Source: Candidatus Helarchaeota ASGARD archaeon Hel_GB_B
GTDB lineage: Archaea > Asgardarchaeota > Lokiarchaeia > Helarchaeales > HEL-GB-B
NCBI GenBank assembly: GCA_005191425.1
Contig: SUPR01000043.1
Location: forward strand, 1-28,152
DNA length: 28,152 nucleotides
Direction: 5' to 3'
Shown here: positions 8,734 through 19,316 of the stretch, piece after piece
Position numbering within the stretch: the stretch's first letter is position 1
How the letters are laid out: every line of letters begins with the position of its first letter
The notes under the pieces: generated by a model
The model's input: only the letters and a program-made list of their open reading frames with translations
Told to the model about the DNA's origin: nothing
Databases searched by the model: none
Program-made: the position numbers and the translations under genes

Positions 8734-11700
8734 GTGAATATAGGTGCAGTTTGTGTTGTAGGAGCAGGTATTGCAGGTATTAATGCCTCATTAGAGCTAG
8801 CAAAGCAAGGTTTTAGGGTATATCTCCTAGAAAGATTATCACATATTGGAGGTAATATGGCAAGGCTAGACAAGGTATTCCCAACCGGTGATTGTGCATT
8901 ATGTATTTTACATCCAGTAATGACAGAAGCAATTTTTCATCCTAATATAAAAATATATACTAATGTAGATATTAAAGATATTTCTGGTGGACCTGGCGAT
9001 TTTACTGTTAAAATACATCTAAGACCAAAATATGTCAATGAAGAAGCATGTATAGTTTGCGGTGAATGCTCGAAAATCTGTCCAGTAAAAGAAATACCAA
9101 CTAATAATAAAAACAAAATTATTACTCGCTCTGCAATTTATATTCCATTTCAAGAAGCTGTCCCAAACAGCTATGTAATAGACGATAAACATTGTTTGTA
9201 TTTTAAAGACCAATCTTGTAAATTATGTGAAGAAATTTGTAAAGAAAAAGCAATCAATTTTGATGAAAAAGAAAAGGAAATTGGTTTAAGAGTGGGTGCA
9301 ATAATAATTGCTACTGGATTTGAAATGTATGACCCATCTTCATTGCCAAAATATGGATATGACCAATATGAGAATATAATAACAGGATATGAATTAGAAG
9401 GTTTGATTAATCCTTTTATGGGTATTGGAAAACCAATAAGACCATCTGATAAAAAAATACCAAAAAGAGTAGCATGGATTAAATGCGTAGGATCAAGAGA
9501 TATAAAAACAAATAAATATTGTTCCTCAGTTTGTTGTATGTATCTTCATAAACAAATTTCTATTTTGAATGAAAATTACAATATAAAAGCATTTGTTATT
9601 GGACCTTATAGAAATGTGAATGGTAAGTTTTACCAAGAATATATGAACAAGGTCGCTGAAAAAAATGAAATAATTTATCTTGAATATGAAGTTGACTCAA
9701 TTATAGAGATCGAAAATAAAAATTTAAAAATAACCTTAACAAATGGGGAGTCAATAGAAGTCGACCTCGTAGTTTTACAAAATGCCATGGTACCTTCTAA
9801 AGGAGTAGATTACTTTTTTAAATTATTAAATTTAGAGACCAAAGATGGGTTCTTTAAGAGTCCAGATATTTTAACACCTGTTGAAACGGGTTATCCAGGT
9901 ATCTATTTTTGTGGGTGCTGTAAAAATCCAAAAGATATTTCAACTACAATAATTGAATCGGAGGCTGCTGCTTCAAAAGCGGCGAGTTTATTATCTTCAG
10001 TAAAAAATTCCTTTAGAACAGAAGAAGAAATTATTGAATTAAAAGAAATTGACAAGGATTTAGCTCCCAGAATTGGACTAATTATATGCCATTGTGGAAT
10101 TAATATTTCTAATTATATTGATATTGAGGAATTAATAGATCATTTTAGAAGCGTTAAGGATATCGTTTATTTAGAAGATGTCCACCACGCGTGTTCATCA
10201 GAAGTTCAGAAGAGAATTCCAAATATTATTAAAGAATATGACTTAAATAGGTTTATTATAGCCTCATGTTCTCCCCGAATTCTTGGACCACTTTTTATGA
10301 AGGTAATAAGAAAAAGTAAATTAAACCCATATTTATTTGAAATGGTCAATATTAGAGACCAATGTGCGTGGGTACATTCAAATAATAAAAAAGCAGCAAC
10401 TGAAAAAGCAAAAAGTTTGATTTCAATGAGTATTGCTAAAGCACGATTATTAACACCAATAAAATTAAGTGAAATAGTTGTTGAGCCAGCTATATTAGTC
10501 ATCGGAAGTGGCCCTGCGGGTATTTCTGCGACATTAGACATTTCAAAACAAGGTTTTTATGTCTATTTAATCGAGGAATCAGATAAAATTGGAGGAGAAC
10601 TCACTAAATTAAATAAAATTTTTCCAAGTTTTGAAGATTCAGATAAGAAATTAGAAGAATTAATTGAAAAAATAACGCACAACCCGAATGTTGAAATTTA
10701 TACAAATTCCTTTGTTTATGATATTAAAGGTCATGTAGGAAATTTTACAGTTACAATTTCATATAAGAACGATTGGACTGAACTAACTGTTGGTGCAATA
10801 ATTGTAGCAACTGGAGCTGATGAAATTATTCCACGGGGTAGATATGGTAATTGGAGTATTTTAAATGAAGTTATTACTCAATCTGATCTAGAATATCTTA
10901 TTAAAAATGATTTATTGCCACCTCTTGAAAATAAAAGATTGACTATGATCCAATGTGCAGGGTCAAGAAAAAAAATTGGATTTACATATTGTTCTAGAAT
11001 TTGTTGCTCAGTCGCAATTAAGAATGCACTCTGGCTAAAAGAAAATATACCATCACTAGACATTTCAATTTTATATAGAGACATATCCCTTCCTCAGAAT
11101 TACGAGGAATTTGAAGATATTGCAAAAGAAAAGGGCATAAAATTTGTCCATTATGCAGATGAAATGAGTCCAGAAATTGAAAGTATAGATGGAAATCTAG
11201 TAGTAGATTATAAATCAAGAGAAAATAAAAAAGATATGCAAATATATTCAGATTTTATAGTATTGAGTACTTCAATAGTCCCAAAGGAAAATGAAGAGTT
11301 AATACGGATTTTACGTGTAAACCGCGATAAAAATAGGTTTTTAGCTAGTGCGCACGAGAATTTAAGGCCACTTGACTCTCCAACTGAAGGCATTTTTTTC
11401 TGTGGATGTATTGGAGGGCCAGTTTCGGTTGAAGAATCAATAATTCAAGGAAGCTGTGTAGCAATGAGAGTAGGAACATTATTGTCCGGTGAAACCGTAG
11501 AAACTTTCAGTATTGCAGCACAAATTGACGAAGATAAATGTATTGGATGCGGATATTGCACAGAAGTATGTACTGCAAACGTTATAGTATTAGAAGATAA
11601 AGAAATGATAGTCAATGAAAGAATAGAGAAAGATGGTAGACCAGATACCATAAAAGTAAAAAAAGCAAGAATTATTGAAGCTAATTGTCGAGCTTGTTAT

Positions 11701-11796
11701 AAATGTGTTGTCCAATGCCCCGTACATGCTATTTATGCACCTTATTTTACTTTTCCTCAAATTATTGAAATGATAAAAAAGTCTATTAAACATTAA
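8734..11796 (+). CDS. hdrA: Tandem-type (two FAD modules) HdrA-like flavoprotein, 1020 aa
   Basis: GAGIAG...PTGDCALCIL, inserted 2x[4Fe-4S], CVGSR...CSSVCC, then an internal RIGLIICHCG domain, a second GSGPAG FAD module and a C-terminal ferredoxin. Confidence 0.92.
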   Translation: MNIGAVCVVGAGIAGINASLELAKQGFRVYLLERLSHIGGNMARLDKVFPTGDCALCILHPVMTEAIFHPNIKIYTNVDIKDISGGPGDFTVKIHLRPKYVNEEACIVCGECSKICPVKEIPTNNKNKIITRSAIYIPFQEAVPNSYVIDDKHCLYFKDQSCKLCEEICKEKAINFDEKEKEIGLRVGAIIIATGFEMYDPSSLPKYGYDQYENIITGYELEGLINPFMGIGKPIRPSDKKIPKRVAWIKCVGSRDIKTNKYCSSVCCMYLHKQISILNENYNIKAFVIGPYRNVNGKFYQEYMNKVAEKNEIIYLEYEVDSIIEIENKNLKITLTNGESIEVDLVVLQNAMVPSKGVDYFFKLLNLETKDGFFKSPDILTPVETGYPGIYFCGCCKNPKDISTTIIESEAAASKAASLLSSVKNSFRTEEEIIELKEIDKDLAPRIGLIICHCGINISNYIDIEELIDHFRSVKDIVYLEDVHHACSSEVQKRIPNIIKEYDLNRFIIASCSPRILGPLFMKVIRKSKLNPYLFEMVNIRDQCAWVHSNNKKAATEKAKSLISMSIAKARLLTPIKLSEIVVEPAILVIGSGPAGISATLDISKQGFYVYLIEESDKIGGELTKLNKIFPSFEDSDKKLEELIEKITHNPNVEIYTNSFVYDIKGHVGNFTVTISYKNDWTELTVGAIIVATGADEIIPRGRYGNWSILNEVITQSDLEYLIKNDLLPPLENKRLTMIQCAGSRKKIGFTYCSRICCSVAIKNALWLKENIPSLDISILYRDISLPQNYEEFEDIAKEKGIKFVHYADEMSPEIESIDGNLVVDYKSRENKKDMQIYSDFIVLSTSIVPKENEELIRILRVNRDKNRFLASAHENLRPLDSPTEGIFFCGCIGGPVSVEESIIQGSCVAMRVGTLLSGETVETFSIAAQIDEDKCIGCGYCTEVCTANVIVLEDKEMIVNERIEKDGRPDTIKVKKARIIEANCRACYKCVVQCPVHAIYAPYFTFPQIIEMIKKSIKH

Positions 11797-11837
11797 ATCA
11801 ATCTAAACCCAAATTGATGAAAGAGGTAATTATTTAA

Positions 11838-12977
11838 ATGGTCAAAGTTGGAAAATTGGAGTTAAATATTGAAGATATAAGTAAATGTTATTCTTGTGGT
11901 AAATGTACTTCTGTCTGTCCGTTAAGTCAAATTAGCGATTTTACTCCAAGATTGATTGCTGAAAATTGGATTTTAAATTTAAATAAAGATGAAATTGTTA
12001 AAGATGTTTGGAATTGCTTAACATGCGGAAGTTGTGTAGAAGTCTGCCCGATGAATGTTAATTTCCCAGAATTTATTAGACAAGCGCGGACTGAATTTTT
12101 AAAACAAGGTATTGGATTTGAAGAGGCACATTTTGGAATTTTTTCAAATATAGCAAGGCTCCAAATTAAAGAAAATTATACTGGGAAATCTAGACACGAA
12201 TTGTATAAAGGCTTAAAAATAAAAGAAAAAGGTGATATTTTATATTGGACTGGTTGTACTCCGTTTTTCGATATTGTATTAGACCGTACATATACAAATA
12301 TTTCTATTAATACTGTTAGAATTCTAAATTATTTAAATATTGAACCTGTAATTTTAAAACATGAAAAATGCTGCGGGCATGACCTTTTGTGGAATGGCGA
12401 TTTTGAAAATTTTAAAAAATTAGCTGAATATAATATTAAAGAGATCGAAAAAACTGGTGCTAAGATTGTTATTACTACTTGTGCTGAAGGATATAGGACT
12501 TTAAAATATGATTATCCTCGACTTGTTAAGCCAATTAATTTTGAAGTTATCTCTTTTTCGGAATTTATTGATAAAAAGTTAAAGGTAAAAGAATTAGAAT
12601 TCCCTTATGAATTTCCCTATAAAATAACATATCATGACCCATGTCGATTAGGAAGGCACATGAAGGTTTATGAGCCACCTAGAGATATTATAAAAAGCGT
12701 CCCTGGAATTAAATATTCGGAAATGCCGAGAAATCGAGAAAATTCATTATGTTGTGGTGTAAGTTGTTGGCATTGTGATATTCTTAAAAAAGTAATAAGA
12801 ATGGACCGTATAAGTGAAGCAGATGAAATTGCCGAAATTTTAATAACAACATGTCCAAAATGTAAAATCCATTTTGAATGTTTATTAGACGAAAAATCAG
12901 AAGATTTAGAAAAAAGATATAATATAAGAATAATAGACCTATCCACATTTATAGCTAAAATATTATTTTTAATTTAG
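11838..12977 (+). CDS. hdrD: HdrD-like / (Fe-S)-binding CCG-domain oxidoreductase
   Basis: Two CxxCxxCxxxCP motifs, then two CCG domains (CCGHD, TTCAEG, YHDPCRLGR, CCGVS, TTCPKC). RBS GAGGT at 11823. Confidence 0.85.
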   Translation: MVKVGKLELNIEDISKCYSCGKCTSVCPLSQISDFTPRLIAENWILNLNKDEIVKDVWNCLTCGSCVEVCPMNVNFPEFIRQARTEFLKQGIGFEEAHFGIFSNIARLQIKENYTGKSRHELYKGLKIKEKGDILYWTGCTPFFDIVLDRTYTNISINTVRILNYLNIEPVILKHEKCCGHDLLWNGDFENFKKLAEYNIKEIEKTGAKIVITTCAEGYRTLKYDYPRLVKPINFEVISFSEFIDKKLKVKELEFPYEFPYKITYHDPCRLGRHMKVYEPPRDIIKSVPGIKYSEMPRNRENSLCCGVSCWHCDILKKVIRMDRISEADEIAEILITTCPKCKIHFECLLDEKSEDLEKRYNIRIIDLSTFIAKILFLI

Positions 12978-12997
12978 ATTTATGTGAAGATTTTAAA

Positions 12998-15900
12998 ATG
13001 GTACTTGATAAAATTAGACGGGAATATATAGGTGCTGTGATGGTCATTGGAGCCGGTGTAGCAGGTATCCAAGCTTCTTTAGACCTAGGTGATTTAGGCT
13101 TTAAGGTATATTTAGTCGAGAAAAATCCTTCTATTGGTGGTCGTATGGCTCAACTGGACAAAACTTTTCCTACCAATGACTGTTCTTTATGTATTTTAGC
13201 ACCAAAAATGATCGAAATAAATAGACATGAAAATATTGAACTCTTAACATATCATGAAGTTTTAGATGTTAAAGGTGAACCTGGTAATTTTACTGTAAAA
13301 TTACTTAAGAAAGCTAGGTATATTGATGAAAATAAGTGTAATGGATGTGGCATGTGCGCAGAAATATGTCCAATTTATGCTCCAAATGAATTTGATATAG
13401 GATTGGCACCCAGAAAAGCTGTTTATATCCCATTTCCGCAAGCAGTCCCATTGGTATATACAATTGATAAGAAGAGGTGTATAGATTGCGGGTTATGCGA
13501 ACGAGCATGTGACGCCAACGCTATTTATTATACCCAAAAAGACGAAACTGTTGAAATTGAAGTGGGTGCAATTATTCTATCAACGGGATTTGATGTGTAT
13601 GATATAAATAAAATTCCTCGATATGGTTATGACTATATAAATGTAATAAGTGCACTTGAATATGAACGGTTGTTGAGCGCATCAGGGCCGACAGGAGGTC
13701 AGATTCTCAGGTTTTCTGACCTAAAAAAGCCAGATAAAATTGCATTTATATCATGTGTGGGTTCTAGATCTGTTAACTCGGGAGTACCTTATTGTAGTAA
13801 TGTTTGCTGTATGTATTTAGCAAAAGAATGTATAATTACAAAAGAGCATTCTCCCGATATTGATTTATATATTTTAAAAAGCGATATACGTGTTTTTGGT
13901 AAAGGTTTTAATGAATTTATTGACCGAGCTAAATCAGAATATAAAGTAAACTATATTAATGGTAGAATTGGGAGTATTGATGAGGATCCTATTACTAAAG
14001 ACTTATTTATTCGCTATGAAAATACTAAATCAAAGCAAAATGAAGAATTAAGGGTCCAATTAGTTGTTCTTGCGGTCGCACTTGTTCCATCAAGTGGCAC
14101 GAAAAAATTAGCTGAAATATTGAAATTGGACCTTGATAATCATAATTTCTATAAAATGGACGATAAACTTGGCAATTTGATTTTTTCTCAAAATGGAGTT
14201 TTTGCTTGCGGTTTTGGAAAAAGTCCTAAAGATATTCCAGAATCAATATTGGAAGGTAGTTCTGTCGCAGCAAAAGCTGCAGAATTTCTAGCTTCTGTAA
14301 GAGGAACTATCGCAAATAAAAAACATAAAATTATTAAAGAAAAAGAAGTATTACCCAACGATCCACCTAAAATCGGGGTAATTGTATGTAAATGCGGTAC
14401 AAATATTGGCGGGATCGTCGATGTTGAAAAGGTAGTAGACCATATAAAAAAAATACCAAATGTAGTAATCGCAACATCAGAAATGTATTCATGCTCAGAT
14501 AGCACAAGAAATAAAATTAAAGAAATGATCGAAAAGTATGACCTTAATAGATTTATTATAGCTTCCTGTTCTCCAAGAACTCATGACGCTTTATTTAGAC
14601 AAACATGCCAGGAAGGAGGTCTAAATGAATATTTATTTGAACTTGTAAATATACGAGATCAATGCTCATGGGTACATATGCATGAACCGGAACTCGCTAC
14701 TGAAAAATCTAAAAAATTAATTGAGATGACTATTGCTAAATCAAAATTACTAAGACCAATAAAAACAATAAGGACAAAAATAAAATCTGGATGCATTATT
14801 ATAGGTGGTGGGATCGCAGGTATGACCGCAGCACTTTCAATAGCAGAGCAAGGATTTAAATGCTTTTTAATTGAAAAAAGTAATACCCTTGGTGGAATAT
14901 TAAATGATATTAATACTATATATCCATCTTTTAGAAATCCAGATTCGTTTCTAAATAAATTAAAAGATAAAGTTAAAAGTCATAGCAATATCAAAATTTT
15001 TCTAAATTCAATTATAACAGATCTAAAAGGATCAATTGGTAATTTCGATGCAAAAATTAAATCTTTGACCGATTCAAAAATAACGAATTTAGAATGTGCC
15101 ACAATAATTATAGCAACCGGAGCTGATGAATTTAAACCTGATGGATATTACGATTATGGAATTGATAATCGAATAATTACTCAATTAGAACTAGAAAAAA
15201 TGTTAAAAAATTCGAATACAATGGAAAATGGAAAGAATTTCTTTGAAAATATTAAAAATATTGCTATGATCCAATGCGTGGGTTCAAGAGAAAAAAATAA
15301 AAGAAACTATTGCTCTAGAATTTGCTGTCTAATTGCTATAAAAAATGCATTATTGATTAAAGAGAGATATCCCTCTCATAATATATTTATCCTTCATCGG
15401 GACATAGTCCTACCTGGAAAAGATACTGAAATGTTATATCGAAAAGCCAGAGAAAATGGAATTACTTTTATCAGGTATGACGAATATAACCCCCCTACAG
15501 TTAAAAGGAAAGATAATAAATTATTATTACAAGTAGAAGGAGATATAAAATTACAATTTGAAATAGACCTTTTAGTATTATCAACCCCATTAATCCCCAG
15601 AGAAGATAATGAGAAGATCTCTAAGATATTAAAAGTCCCCGTTTCTCAAGAGTTGGGTGGATTTTTTCTTGAAGCTCATATAAAATTGAGACCTCTTGAT
15701 TTTGCAACAGATGGTATATATCTATGCGGTTCTGCAAGATTTCCATCTGATATCACTAGTACTATAAACCAAGCATTGGGAGCTGCTTCAAGGGCGGGAA
15801 TAGTCCTCGCCAAGGATAACCTTATAGTAGAAGGCATCATTTCAGAAGTGGACCCAAATAAATGTATTGGTTGCGGGATATGTAAAGATATCTGCCCCTA

Positions 15901-16096
15901 TAATGCAATAGAAATAATCATTACCAAAAAAGTAATAAATAATATTAAAATTTTAACACATCAAGCCCATATTATTAACCAATTGTGTAAAGGATGTGGT
16001 AAATGCGTTGTTTCATGCCCAGTACAAGCTATTACTGCTAAACATTTCACGAACTCACAGATTTTAGAAATGATTAAAACTTGTGTCTCAAAATAA
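12998..16096 (+). CDS. hdrA: Tandem-type HdrA-like flavoprotein, 1032 aa
   Basis: GAGVAG...LDKTFPTNDCSLCILAPKM, inserted ferredoxin, CVGSR...YCSNVCC, internal KIGVIVCKCG domain, second GGGIAG module, C-terminal ferredoxin. Confidence 0.94.
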   Translation: MVLDKIRREYIGAVMVIGAGVAGIQASLDLGDLGFKVYLVEKNPSIGGRMAQLDKTFPTNDCSLCILAPKMIEINRHENIELLTYHEVLDVKGEPGNFTVKLLKKARYIDENKCNGCGMCAEICPIYAPNEFDIGLAPRKAVYIPFPQAVPLVYTIDKKRCIDCGLCERACDANAIYYTQKDETVEIEVGAIILSTGFDVYDINKIPRYGYDYINVISALEYERLLSASGPTGGQILRFSDLKKPDKIAFISCVGSRSVNSGVPYCSNVCCMYLAKECIITKEHSPDIDLYILKSDIRVFGKGFNEFIDRAKSEYKVNYINGRIGSIDEDPITKDLFIRYENTKSKQNEELRVQLVVLAVALVPSSGTKKLAEILKLDLDNHNFYKMDDKLGNLIFSQNGVFACGFGKSPKDIPESILEGSSVAAKAAEFLASVRGTIANKKHKIIKEKEVLPNDPPKIGVIVCKCGTNIGGIVDVEKVVDHIKKIPNVVIATSEMYSCSDSTRNKIKEMIEKYDLNRFIIASCSPRTHDALFRQTCQEGGLNEYLFELVNIRDQCSWVHMHEPELATEKSKKLIEMTIAKSKLLRPIKTIRTKIKSGCIIIGGGIAGMTAALSIAEQGFKCFLIEKSNTLGGILNDINTIYPSFRNPDSFLNKLKDKVKSHSNIKIFLNSIITDLKGSIGNFDAKIKSLTDSKITNLECATIIIATGADEFKPDGYYDYGIDNRIITQLELEKMLKNSNTMENGKNFFENIKNIAMIQCVGSREKNKRNYCSRICCLIAIKNALLIKERYPSHNIFILHRDIVLPGKDTEMLYRKARENGITFIRYDEYNPPTVKRKDNKLLLQVEGDIKLQFEIDLLVLSTPLIPREDNEKISKILKVPVSQELGGFFLEAHIKLRPLDFATDGIYLCGSARFPSDITSTINQALGAASRAGIVLAKDNLIVEGIISEVDPNKCIGCGICKDICPYNAIEIIITKKVINNIKILTHQAHIINQLCKGCGKCVVSCPVQAITAKHFTNSQILEMIKTCVSK

Positions 16097-16136
16097 AATA
16101 TTAATTTATTTAATATAAAAAAGAATTAGATTAAAA

Positions 16137-19100
16137 ATGGTCTTAAATAAAACTGAAAAAGAATATATCGGAGCTGTCCTAGTTATTGGAGCAGGAGTCT
16201 CGGGAATTCAAGCATCTCTTGATCTGGCTAATATTGGGTTTAAAGTATATTTGGTAGAAAAAAGGACATCTTTAGGAGGAAAGATGGCACAAATTGGGGG
16301 TAAAACAGCAGCTTTTGATTCTACTTGCTTGAATTGTCTAGTAAGCGACCAATCGAGTACTAAATATCCAACAAATGACTGCTCTCTTAATATCTTTATT
16401 CCAAAAATGGTAGAAGTTAATTATCACGAAAATATTGAAGTTTTAGTATATAGCGAAGTAATTGGAGTTGAAGGAGTCCCAGGAAATTTTCGAGTAAAAG
16501 TCCTCAAAAAAGCTAAATTTGTAAATGAAGAGAGATGTCATGGTTGCGGCGATTGCGCAAATATATGTCCCGTTTCATTTCCTAATGAATTTGAACTGGG
16601 TATGACTAAAAGAAAAGCCATTGATGTCCCTTTTTTACAAGCAGTCCCACTAATTTATACAATTGATAAAGAACATTGTTTAAAATTAAAAGAAGATAAA
16701 TGTGGTCTGTGTAAAAATGCTTGTAAAGCTTATGCTATAGATTTTGATCAAAAAGATGAAATAATTACAGTTCAGGTTGGCGCAATTATTGTTTCAACTG
16801 GATTTGAAACTATAGACCTTGATAGAATTAAAAATTATGGAATTGATTTTAAAAATGTAATTACTTCTCTCGAATATGAACGAATATTAAGCGCTTTTGG
16901 ACCTACTCAAGGGCTAGTAATTAGACCATCAGACCAGAAAATGCCTAAAAAAATTGCATTTATTTCTTGTGTTGGTTCAAGATCAGTTAAAAATGGAGTA
17001 CCTTATTGTAGCAATATCTGTTGTATGTATTTAGCGAAACAAAGCGTTTTGACCAAAAAATCTTTTCCAGATATAGAATGTATAGTATTAAAAAGCGATA
17101 TTCAGGTTTTTCGTAAAGGGTTTAATGAATTTTATGAGAAAGTTAAACATAAATATGGAATTCAATATACGGAGAGTAGGATTGGTTTTATTGAAGAAGA
17201 TCCTATAAATAACGATTTGATTATTACTTATGAAGATATTAGAAATAGTAAACAAATCAAATTAAGAGCTAATCTTGTAGTTTTGGCTGTTGCTCTTGTT
17301 CCAACGCCTGATGCTAAGAAATTAGCAGAAATTCTAAAAATAGATCTTGATAACAACGGTTTCTTTAAAGAATATTCACATTTTATGCCAATTAATAGTA
17401 CTAGAAAAGGTGTATATATATGTGGATGCGCAAGAGGTCCAAAAGATATTCCAAGTTCTGTTATTGAAGGGAGCGCCGCTGCTGCTAAAGTGGCTGAATT
17501 CCTGGCTTCAGTAAAAGGAAAAGAAATTAAAAAGAAGGTCTATAAATCCAGCGAAAAATTGGTCTTACCATTAGACCCACCCAGAATTGGAATTCTAATT
17601 TGTACATGTGGAATGAATTTAAAAAGCGTTTTTTCAATTTTCGATTTAATAGAATATTCAAAAACACTTGAAAATGTAGTGCTCGTAGAAACTAGTATTT
17701 TTGCATGCTCAAGGCATGCCTCAGAACATATCAAAAACCTAATTAAAAATAACAATTTAAATAGGTTTATAATTGCTGCATGTTCAGCAAGATTGCACGA
17801 AACTGCATTCCAAGATGTCTGTCGTGAGGGGGGACTGAACCAATTCCTTCTTGAACTGGTAAATATTCGAGACCAATGTTATTGGGTCCATTCAAATAAC
17901 CCAAAACTGGCGCTTGAAAAAGCTAAAAAATTAATTCATATGGCAGTCGCAAAAGTAAAACTATTAGAACCAGTTAAGCAACGAAGAATTCCAGTAAGAC
18001 CAGTGGGAATAGTAGTAGGGGGTGGGATCTCCGGTATGGTCGCAGCATTATCTATTGCAAATCAAGGGTATCAATGTATTATTCTTGAGAAACGCGAGAA
18101 AATAGGAGCAGATATAAATAAATTTGCTAAATTTATATCTCCTTTAGAAGACCCATATCCATTTCTGAAAAATTTGCGCCTTGAATTACTAAAACATCCC
18201 AATATTTCAATCTACACTCAACATGCTCTCATTGAAATTGAAGGAATAATCGGGAATTTTAAAATTCAAGCAATTTCTCTTAAAGATGATAAAATTGTAG
18301 ATTTCCATGCAAGTGCCATAATAATTGCCATTGGAGCAAAAGAAATTAAACCACTTGGATACTATTGTTATGGGATAAGTCCAAGAGTTTTTACTCAAAT
18401 GGAATTAATTAATATGTTAAATAAAATCGATTCAAATCCAGCTACAAAAGCTCTTATTGAAAGCAGTAAAGATATTGTTATGATTCAATGTGTTGCCTCA
18501 AGAGAAATAGGGAGACGTGGATATTGCTCTAGAACTTGCTGTTTTAATGCTCTAATAAATGCATTGTCCCTTAAGAAAATGTATCCAGATAAAAATATCT
18601 ATATCCTTTATCGAGACATAGTTATGCCGGATAAATATGGAGAAGAGCTCTATAGAAACACAAGAAATGAAGGAATCACTTTTATAAGATATTTTCCAGA
18701 GATGCCCCCATTTGTTAAGTCTGAAGGACAAAAATTGAAAATAAAAGTATATAAACCAGGATATTCTGCTATACTTAATGCAGATTTATTGATTTTATCA
18801 ACTCCAGTAGATGTTATTCAAGAAAATAAAGTATTTTCAAGAATCTTGAGGATACCACACGCTGAATCTATAGGCGGACTTTATATGAAGGCGCATGTGA
18901 AAGTTTTGCCACTTGATTTAAATAGAGAAGGTATATTTATTTGTGGCACTGCTAGAGGGCCCACTATTCTTGATGAATCAATTATTGAGGCTCTTGGAAC
19001 CGCAGCTCGATCTGCTACTATTTTATCTAAAAAAAACCTTTATGACTATGGTATGATCGCTGAAATTGACCCCACTAAATGTATTGGATGTGGGCTTTGC

Positions 19101-19316
19101 ATTAAAACTTGCACCGAAGATGCAATTATAATTACACCTAAAGAAAAATTAATTAACAACGAATTAATTTTATTTGAACAAGCTACTATTATTAATAATT
19201 TATGTATGGGGTGCGGTAAATGTGCCGCTGTTTGCCCAGTCCAAGCTATTAAAGCTAAAAATTTCACTAATTCACAAATAATAGAGATGATTAAGGTGAT
19301 TACCTCTGATAAATGA
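16137..19316 (+). CDS. hdrA: Tandem-type HdrA-like flavoprotein, 1059 aa, divergent (20-aa CxxC insertion; DCSLN instead of DCSLC)
   Basis: Same architecture as the 12998 gene, but with GGKMAQIGGKTAAFDSTCLNCLVSDQSSTKYPTNDCSLNIFIPKM. Confidence 0.92.
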   Translation: MVLNKTEKEYIGAVLVIGAGVSGIQASLDLANIGFKVYLVEKRTSLGGKMAQIGGKTAAFDSTCLNCLVSDQSSTKYPTNDCSLNIFIPKMVEVNYHENIEVLVYSEVIGVEGVPGNFRVKVLKKAKFVNEERCHGCGDCANICPVSFPNEFELGMTKRKAIDVPFLQAVPLIYTIDKEHCLKLKEDKCGLCKNACKAYAIDFDQKDEIITVQVGAIIVSTGFETIDLDRIKNYGIDFKNVITSLEYERILSAFGPTQGLVIRPSDQKMPKKIAFISCVGSRSVKNGVPYCSNICCMYLAKQSVLTKKSFPDIECIVLKSDIQVFRKGFNEFYEKVKHKYGIQYTESRIGFIEEDPINNDLIITYEDIRNSKQIKLRANLVVLAVALVPTPDAKKLAEILKIDLDNNGFFKEYSHFMPINSTRKGVYICGCARGPKDIPSSVIEGSAAAAKVAEFLASVKGKEIKKKVYKSSEKLVLPLDPPRIGILICTCGMNLKSVFSIFDLIEYSKTLENVVLVETSIFACSRHASEHIKNLIKNNNLNRFIIAACSARLHETAFQDVCREGGLNQFLLELVNIRDQCYWVHSNNPKLALEKAKKLIHMAVAKVKLLEPVKQRRIPVRPVGIVVGGGISGMVAALSIANQGYQCIILEKREKIGADINKFAKFISPLEDPYPFLKNLRLELLKHPNISIYTQHALIEIEGIIGNFKIQAISLKDDKIVDFHASAIIIAIGAKEIKPLGYYCYGISPRVFTQMELINMLNKIDSNPATKALIESSKDIVMIQCVASREIGRRGYCSRTCCFNALINALSLKKMYPDKNIYILYRDIVMPDKYGEELYRNTRNEGITFIRYFPEMPPFVKSEGQKLKIKVYKPGYSAILNADLLILSTPVDVIQENKVFSRILRIPHAESIGGLYMKAHVKVLPLDLNREGIFICGTARGPTILDESIIEALGTAARSATILSKKNLYDYGMIAEIDPTKCIGCGLCIKTCTEDAIIITPKEKLINNELILFEQATIINNLCMGCGKCAAVCPVQAIKAKNFTNSQIIEMIKVITSDK

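Noticed and set aside
8609-12977. Genome-wide TAG-to-pyrrolysine reassignment
   Set aside because: Sec-hdrA and hdrD end in TAG at their expected C-termini; readthrough of the first would translate the SECIS.
19314-19316. TGA at the end of the fourth hdrA (also mvhD, hisA, hisI) as Sec codons
   Set aside because: They lie at the natural C-termini with no conserved sequence after them; after 19316 another stop follows within four codons.
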